This document shows, in pieces, positions 55,976 through 64,000 of a stretch of 64,000 bases of DNA. The stretch is taken from the NCBI GenBank assembly GCA_964016885.1, contig OZ024741.1:415214001-415278000 (forward strand), in the 5' to 3' direction. How positions within the stretch are numbered: the first letter of the stretch is position 1; every line of letters starts with the position of its first letter. The stretch is from Eledone cirrhosa. Lineage: Eukaryota. Made by a program: the position numbers and the translations under genes. The notes under the pieces were generated by a model, which worked only from the letters and a program-made list of their open reading frames with translations, was not told the DNA's origin and searched no databases.

Positions 55976-56171
55976 CATGACACTTACATGACCACTTTAC
56001 AGTGTGGACTGGGTGCTTTTAGCTGTGACACCTACATGATCACTTTACAGTGTGGACTGGGTGCTTTTAACGGTGACACCTACATGACCACTTTACAGTG
56101 TAGACTGGGTGCTTTCTGTCGTGACACCCACACAACCACTTTACAGTGTGGACTGGGTGATTTTTGTCATG
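55942..56171. repeat. 48-bp minisatellite (~4.8 copies) derived from the SINE body
   Basis: ACCACTTTACAGTGTGGACTGGGTGCTTTT..TGACACCTACATG occurs at ~55942, 55991, 56039, 56087 and 56136. The unit matches the reverse complement of AAAAAGCACCCAGCACTCACTGTAAA at ~55033. Confidence 0.9.
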
Positions 56172-56850
56172 AACCCCTATCCTGCTCAGAATATTGATCT
56201 GGAAACTGTTCAAAGACGTACAACCAAATGAATACCCTCCATCAGGCATCTACCATACTCTGAATGCCTTTCTTCCCTTGGCATGGATACATTGAAGCTC
56301 TGACGTCTGGCAACTGACTTGGTAGAAACCTACGAGATTATTAACCATCTTGCTAACAACAACCCTGAGCACCTTTTTGAATTTCATGTGTCTAACACAC
56401 GTGGGCTTTCCAACAAAGTCAGAAAACAGCACAGCACCCATGACTTTCGGAAATATTTTTTCATGCTCAGAGTTGCTGAAATATGAAACAAACTACCTGC
56501 ATCAGTTGTCAGCTGCCGAGACACTGCATCCTTTAAAACCCCTATGGAACAAACTCCCTGCATCAGTTAATAGCTGTCGAGACACTGCATCCTTTAAAAC
56601 CTCCATGGAACAAACTACCTGCATCAGTTGTTAGCTGTCGAGACACTGCATCCTTTAAAACCTCCATGCTTCCTGAGATTCGCCAACATCACACCTAATA
56701 TTCCCCCTCCTTCCACAGGCACACATGTATATTATGACTCATACACTATTCACTTCCCTGACATTTGTACATTATTCTCTGTACTATATATGCACCTCTG
56801 ATGAATTGTAGTGCACCTGAGAACTGTACACAATAATTCTCATTATCATA
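56171..56850 (+). mobile_element. 5'-truncated, dead CR1/L2-type LINE: ORF2 C-terminus plus 3' UTR
   Basis: One frame reads NPYPAQNIDLETVQRRTTK*IPSIRHLPYSECLSSLGMDTLKL*RLATDLVETYEII...SNTRG...RKYFFMLRVAEI*NKLPASVVSCRDTASFK. This matches the CR1-group C-terminal motifs LE.VQRRATK, Y.ERL..L, TRGH and FF..RV...WN.LP, with three in-frame TGA stops. Confidence 0.9.
56483..56668 (+). repeat. 61-bp triplication inside the LINE fragment
   Basis: ATGGAACAAACTACCTGCATCAGTTGTTAGCTGTCGAGACACTGCATCCTTTAAAACCTCC starts at 56483, 56544 and 56605. Confidence 0.92.
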
Positions 56851-56938
56851 TAATATTGTATGTATGTCTCTGTGTATGTATGTGTGTGTGTATGTATATG
56901 TATATTCAGAAATATGTTTTGTTTGTTTTTGTTGCCAG

Positions 56939-57059
56939 ACACTGTGGGACAGAGATGTTTCCTTTGATATACCACTCCAAGAGACCTCCTTTTTATCTAC
57001 TGAAATAACGCCACAATTATCCACTTCACCTCCTACTTTACCAGCCAAATTTAAACCTG
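56939..57059 (+). CDS. Internal coding exon C (121 nt, phase 0 to 1)
   Basis: Acceptor TTTTGTTTGTTTTTGTTGCCAG| and donor CTG|GTAAAT. It reads TLWDRDVSFDIPLQETSFLSTEITPQLSTSPPTLPAKFKP, part of track ORF 56864..57124. Confidence 0.75.
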
Positions 57060-57153
57060 GTAAATCTTTATTTTTATACTTGGTTAACTTTTCAGCAAAA
57101 TTAGTTGCACAGTTTCTTCTATAGCAGTGAATCCCAACATGGGTCACATGTCC

Positions 57154-57174
57154 GGGGGGGGGGGGGGGGGGGGG
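57154..57174 (+). repeat. G21 homopolymer (potential G-quadruplex)
   Basis: 21 consecutive G. Confidence 0.9.
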
Positions 57175-57247
57175 CATTTGAAAATGATGCTAATTAGAAC
57201 AAACTTCAGGTTTTACTTTATTACATTTACACTAAAGTAACTTTGCT

Positions 57248-60200
57248 ACACATTACTATCAGAAACTCGTGTCTCACCTCCTCCATGGTACACCACATTA
57301 CTGTCAGAAACTCCTGTCTCACCCCCTCCTCCATGGTACACCACATTACTGTCAGAAACTCCTGTCTCACCCCCTCCTCCATGGTACACCACATTACTGT
57401 CAGAAACTCCTGTCTCACCCCCTCCTCCATGGTACACCACATTACTGTCAGAAACTCCTGTCTCACCCCCTCCTCCATGGTACACCACATTACTGTCAGA
57501 AACTCCTGTCTCACCTCCTCCTCCATGGTACACCACATTACTGTCAAACTCCTGTCTCACCACCTCCTCCATGGTACACCACATTACTCTCAAACTCCTG
57601 TCTCACCTCCTCCTCCATGGTAGTCCACATTACTCTCAAACTCCTGTCTCACCTCCTCCTCCATGGTAGACCACATTACTGTCAGAAACTCCTGCCTCAC
57701 CTCCTCCTCCATGGTACACCACATTACTGTCAAACTCCTGTCTCACCTCCTCCTCCATGGTACACCACATTACTCTCAAACTCCTGTCTCACCTCCTCCT
57801 CCATGGTAGACCACATTACTGTCAGAAACTCCTGCCTCACCTCCTCCTCCATGGTACACCACATTACTGTCAAACTCCTGTCTCACCTCCTCCTCCATGG
57901 TACACCACATTACTCTCAAACTCCTGTCTCACCACCTCCTCCATGGTAGACCACATTACTGTCAAACTCCTGTCTCACCTCCTCCTCCATGGTAGACCAC
58001 ATTACTCTCAAACTCCTGTCTCACCTCCACCTCCATGGTAGACCACATTACTGTCAGAAACTCCTGCCTCACCTCCTCCTCCATGGTACACCACATTACT
58101 GTCAAACTCCTGTCTCACCTCCTCCTCCATGGTACACCACATTACTCTCAAACTCCTGTCTCACCACCTCCTCCATGGTACACCACATTACTGTCAAACT
58201 CCTGTCTCACCTCCTCCTCCATGGTAGACCATATTACTGTCAAACTCCTGCCTCACCTCCTCCTCCATGGTACACCACATTACTCTCAAACTCCTGTCTC
58301 ACCACCTCCTCCATGGTACACCACATTACTGTCAAACTCCTGTCTCACCTCCTCCTCCATGGTAGACCATATTACTGTCAAACTCCTGCCTCACCTCCTC
58401 CTCCATGGTACACCACATTACTCTCAAACTCCTGTCTCACCACCTCCTGCATGGTACACCACATTACTGTCAAACTCCTGTCTCACCTCCTCCTCCATGG
58501 TAGACCATATTACTGTCAAACTCCTGTCTCACCTCCTCCTCCATGCTACACCACATTACTCTCAAACTCCTGTCTCACCACCTCCTCCATGGTACACCAC
58601 ATTACTGTCAAACTCCTGTCTCACCTCCTCCTCCATGGTAGACCATATTACTGTCAAACTCCTGCCTCACCTCCTCCTCCATGGTACACCACATTACTCT
58701 CAAACTCCTGTCTCACCACCTCCTCCATGGTACACCACATTACTGTCAAACTCCTGTCTCACCTCCTCCTGCATGGTACACCACATTACTCTCAAACTCC
58801 TGTCTCACCACCTCCTCCATGGTACACCACATTACTCTCAAACTCCTGTCTCACCACCTCCTCCATGGTACACCACATTACTGTCAAACTCCTGCCTCAC
58901 CTCCTCCTCCATGGTACACCACATTACTCTCAAACTCCTGTCTCACCACCTCCTCCATGGTACACCACATTACTGTCAAACTCCTGTCTCACCTCCTCCT
59001 CCATGGTAGACCATATTACTGTCAAACTCCTGCCTCACCTCCTCCTCCATGGTACACCACATTACTCTCAAACTCCTGTCTCACCTCCTCCTCCATGGTA
59101 CACCACATTACTCTCAAACTCCTGTCTCACCACCTCCTCCATGGTACACCACATTACTGTCAAACTCCTGTCTCACCTCCTCCTCCATGGTAGACCATAT
59201 TACTGTCAAACTCCTGCCTCACCTCCTCCTCCATGGTACACCACATTACTCTCAAACTCCTGTCTCACCACCTCCTCCATGGTACACCACATTACTGTCA
59301 AACTCCTGTCTCACCTCCTCCTCCATGGTAGACCATATTACTGTCAAACTCCTGCCTCACCTCCTCCTCCATGGTACACCACATTACTGTCAGAAACTCC
59401 TGTCTCACCCCCTCCTCCATGGTACACCACATTACTGTCAGAAACTCCTGTCTCACCCCCTCCTCCATGGTACACCACATTACTGTCAGAAACTCCTGTC
59501 TCACCTCCTCCTCCATGGTACACCACATTACTGTCCAACTCCTGTCTCACCACCTCCTCCATGGTACACCACATTACTGTCAAACTCCTGTCTCACCTCC
59601 TCCTCCATGGTAGACCATATTACTGTCAAACTCCTGCCTCACCTCCTCCTCCATGGTACACCACATTACTCTCAAACTCCTGTCTCACCACCTCCTCCAT
59701 GGTACACCACATTACTGTCAAACTCCTGTCTCACCACCTCCTCCATGGTAGACCATATTACTCTCAAACTCCTATCTCACCACCTCCTCCATGGTAGACC
59801 ATATTACTCTCAAACTCCTGTCTCACCTCCTCCTCCATGGTAGTCCACATTACTCTCAAACTCCTGTCTCACCTCCTCCTCCATGGTAGTCCACATTACT
59901 GTCAAACTCCTGTCTCACCTCCTCCTCCATGGTACACCATATTACTCTCAAACTCCTGTCTCACCTCCTCATCCATGGTACACCACATTACTCTCAAACT
60001 CCTGTCTCACCTCCTCCTCCATGGTACACCATATTACTCTCAAACTCCTGTCTCACCTCCTCCTCCATGGTACACCATATTACTCTCAAACTCCTGTCTC
60101 ACCTCCTCCTCCATGGTACACCATATTACTCTCAAACTCCTGTCTCACCTCCTCCTCCATGGGAGACCACATTACTGTCAAACTCCTGTCTCACCTCCTC

Positions 60201-63200
60201 CTCCATGGTAGTCCACATTACTCTCAAACTCCTGTCTCACCTCCTCCATGGTAGTCCACATTACTGTCAAATTCCTGTCTCACCTCCTCCTCCATGGTAC
60301 ACCATATTACTCTCAAACTCCTGTCTCACCTCCTCCTCCATGGTACACCATATTACTGTCAAACTCCTGTCTCACCTCCTCCTCCATGGTAGTCCATATT
60401 ACTCTCAAACTCCTGTCTCACCTCCTCCTCCATGGTAGACCACATTACTCTCAAACTCCTGTCTCACCACCTCCTCCATGGTACACCATATTACTCTCAA
60501 ACTCCTGTCTCACCTCCTCCTCCATGGTAGACCACATTACTCTCAAACTCCTGTCTCACCTCCTCCTCCATGGTACACCACATTACTCTCAAACTCCTGT
60601 CTCACCTCCTCCTCCATGGTAGACCATATTACTCTCAAACTCCTGTCTCACCTCCTCCTCCATGGTAGACCACATTACTCTCAAACTCCTGTCTCACCTC
60701 CTCCTCCATGGTACACCACATTACTCTCAAACTCCTGTCTCACTTCCTCCTCCATGGTAGACCATATTACTCTCAAACTCCTGTCTCACCTCCTCCTCCA
60801 TGGTAGACCACATTACTCACAAACTCCTGTCTCACCTCCTCCTCCATGGTAGTCCATATTACTCTCAAACTCCTGTCTCACCTCCTCCTCCATGGTAGAC
60901 CACATTACTCTCAAACTCCTGTCTCACCTCCTCCTCCATGGTAGTCCATATTACTCTCAAACTCCTGTCTCACCTCCTCCTCCATGGTAGACCACATTAC
61001 TGTCAAACTCCTGTCTCACCTCCTCCTCCATGGTAGTCCACATTACTCTCAAACTCCTGTCTCACCTCCTCCTCCATGGTACACCACATTACTCTCAAAC
61101 TCCTGTCTCACCTCCTCCTCCATGGTAGTCCATATTACTCTCAAACTCCTGTCTCACCTCCTCCTCCATGGTAGTCCACATTACTCTCAAACTCCTGTCT
61201 CACCTCCTCCTCCATGGTAGACCATATTACTCTCAAACTCCTGTCTCACCTCCTCCTGTCTCACCTCCTCCTCCATGGTAGACCACATTACTGTCAAACT
61301 CCTGTCTCACCTCCTCCTCCATGGTAGTCCACATTACTCTCAAACTCCTGTCTCACCTCCTCCTCCATGGTACACCATATTACTCTCAAACTCCTGTCTC
61401 ACCTCCTCCTCCATGGTAGTCCACATTACTCTCAAACTCCTGTCTCACCTCCTCCTCCATGGTACACCATATTACTCTCAAACTCCTGTCTCACCTCCTC
61501 CTCCATGGTACACCATATTACTCTCAAACTCCTGTCTCACCTCCTCCTCCATGGTAGACCACATTACTCTCAAACTCCTGTCTCACCTCCTCCTCCATGG
61601 TAGTCCACATTACTCTCAAACTCCTGTCTCACCTCCTCCTCCATGGTACACCATATTACTCTCAAACTCCTGTCTCACCTCCTCCTCCATGGTACACCAT
61701 ATTACTCTCAAACTCCTGTCTCACCTCCTCCTCCATGGTACACCATATTACTCTCAAACTCCTGTCTCACCTCCTCCTCCATGGTAGTCCACATTACTGT
61801 CAAACTCCTGTCTCACCTCCTCCTCCATGGTAGTCCACATTACTGTCAAACTCCTGTCTCACCTCCTCCTCCATGGTACACCACATTACTCTCAAACTCC
61901 TGTCTCACCTCCTCCTCCATGGTACACCACATTACTCTCAAACTCCTGTCTCACCTCCTCCTCCATGGTACACCACATTACTCTCAAACTCCTGTCTCAC
62001 CTCCTCCTCCATGGTAGACCATATTACTCTCAAACTCCTGTCTCACCTCCTCCTCCATGGTAGACCACATTACTCTCAAACTCCTGTCTCACCTCCTCCT
62101 CCATGGTAGACCACATTACTCTCAAACTCCTGTCTCACCTCCTCCTCCATGGTAGTCCATATTACTCTCAAACTCCTGTCTCACCTCCTCCTCCATGGTA
62201 GACCATATTACTGTCAAACTCCTGTCTCACCTCCTCCTCCATGGTAGTCCACATTACTCTCAAACTCCTGTCTCACCTCCTCCTCCATGGTACACCACAT
62301 TACTCTCAAACTCCTGTCTCGGCTCCTCCTCCATGGTAGTCCATATTACTCTCAAACTCCTGTCTCACCTCCTCCTCCATGGTAGTCTACATTACTCTCA
62401 AACTCCTGTCTCACCTCCTCCTCCATGGTAGACCATATTACTCTCAAACTCCTGTCTCACCTCCTCCTGTCTCACCTCCTCCTCCATGGTAGACCACATT
62501 ACTGTCAAACTCCTGTCTCACCTCCTCCTCCATGGTAGTCCACATTACTCTCAAACTCCTGTCTCACCTCCTCCTCCATGGTACACCATATTACTCTCAA
62601 ACTCCTGTCTCACCTCCTCCTCCATGGTAGTCCACATTACTCTCAAACTCCTGTCTCACCTCCTCCTCCATGGTACACCATATTACTCTCAAACTCCTGT
62701 CTCACCTCCTCCTCCATGGTACACCATATTACTCTCAAACTCCTGTCTCACCTCCTCCTCCATGGTAGACCACATTACTGTCAAACTCCTGTCTCACCTC
62801 CTCCTCCATGGTAGTCCACATTACTCTCAAACTCCTGTCTCACCTCCTCCTCCATGGTACACCATATTACTCTCAAACTCCTGTCTCACCTCCTCCTCCA
62901 TGGTACACCATATTACTCTCAAACTCCTGTCTCACCTCCTCTTCCATGGTACACCATATTACTCTCAAACTCCTGTCTCACCTCCTCCTCCATGGTAGTC
63001 CACATTACTGTCAAACTCCTGTCTCACCTCCTCCTCCATGGTAGTCCACATTACTCTCAAACTCCTGTCTCACCTCCTCCTCCATGGTAGACCACATTAC
63101 TCTCAAACTCCTGTCTCACCTCCTCCTCCATGGTACACCACATTACTCTCAAACTCCTGTCTCACCTCCTCCTCCATGGTAGACCACATTACTCTCAAAC

Positions 63201-64000
63201 TCCTGTCTCACCTCCTCCTCCATGGTAGTCCATATTACTCTCAAACTCCTGTCTCACCTCCTCCTCCATGGTAGTCCACATTACTCTCAAACTTCTGTCT
63301 CACCTCCTCCTCCATGGTAGTCCACATTACTCTCAAACTCCTGTCTCACCTCCTCCTCCATGGTAGTCCACATTACTCTCAAACTCCTGTCTCACCACCT
63401 CCTCCATGGTAGACCACATTACTCTCAAACTCCTGTCTCACCTCCTCCTCCATGGTAGTCCACATTACTCTCAAACTCCTGTCTCACCTCCTCCTCCATG
63501 GTAGTCCATATTACTCTCAAACTCCTGTCTCACCTCCTCCTCCATGGTAGTCCACATTACTGTCAAACTCCTGTCTCACCTCTTCCTCCATGGTACACCA
63601 CATTACTGTCAAACTCCTGTCTCACCTCCTCCTCCATGGTAGTCCACATTACTCTCAAACTCCTGTCTCACCTCCTCCTCAATGGTACACCACATTACTC
63701 TCAAACTCCTGTCTCACCTCCTCCTCCATGGTAGACCACATTACTGTCAAACTCCTGTCTCACCACCTCCTCCATGGTAGTCCACATTACTCTCAAACTC
63801 CTGTCTCACCTCCTCCTCCATGGTACACCACATTACTCTCAAACTCCTGTCTCACCACCTCCTCCATGGTAGTCCACATTACTCTCAAACTCCTGTCTCA
63901 CCTCCTCCTCCATGGTAGTCCACATTACTCTCAAACTCCTGTCTCACCTCCTCCATGGTAGTCCACATTACTCTCAAACTCCTGTCTCACCACCTCCTCC
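57248..64000. repeat. 46-bp tandem satellite array (~146 units, runs off the right edge)
   Basis: Consensus CCATGGTA(CA/GA/GT)CCAYATTACTSTCAAACTCCTGTCTCACCTCCTCCT with an NcoI site per unit. 48-bp variants (GA insertion) form runs at ~57250-57530 and ~59380-59520, with a few single copies in between. Confidence 0.99.

Noticed and set aside
56798-56840. Second CTGATGA as a possible hammerhead
   Set aside because: There is no correctly placed stem II plus GAAA or stem I; it lies in the LINE 3' UTR.
57227-63961. Extensin-like SPPPPW and His-rich ORFs up to 602 aa
   Set aside because: The 46-bp unit is not a multiple of 3, and the same peptide appears in all overlapping frames, so this is a satellite artefact.

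Overview
Eukaryotic, repeat-dominated DNA; the SINE, LINE and microsatellite content resembles an octopod cephalopod (inference). About 53 kb (1-53065) is one 44-bp satellite of roughly 1,200 units with nested multi-kb higher-order duplications. The last ~6.75 kb (57248-64000) is a different 46-bp satellite. Nearly all ORFs in the supplied track are artefacts of these repeats. The 4.2-kb island between the arrays holds three short + strand exons with canonical splice sites that join in one open frame (101 aa, weakly reminiscent of a REC8/RAD21 kleisin), so both satellites appear to lie in very large introns. The island also has a minus-strand minimal type I hammerhead ribozyme inside a Penelope-like fragment inserted in (TA)n, a 98-nt near-perfect hairpin, five SINE copies or fragments, a dead CR1/L2-type LINE 3' end and several small nascent tandem repeats. 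No prokaryotic features or CRISPR array were found.
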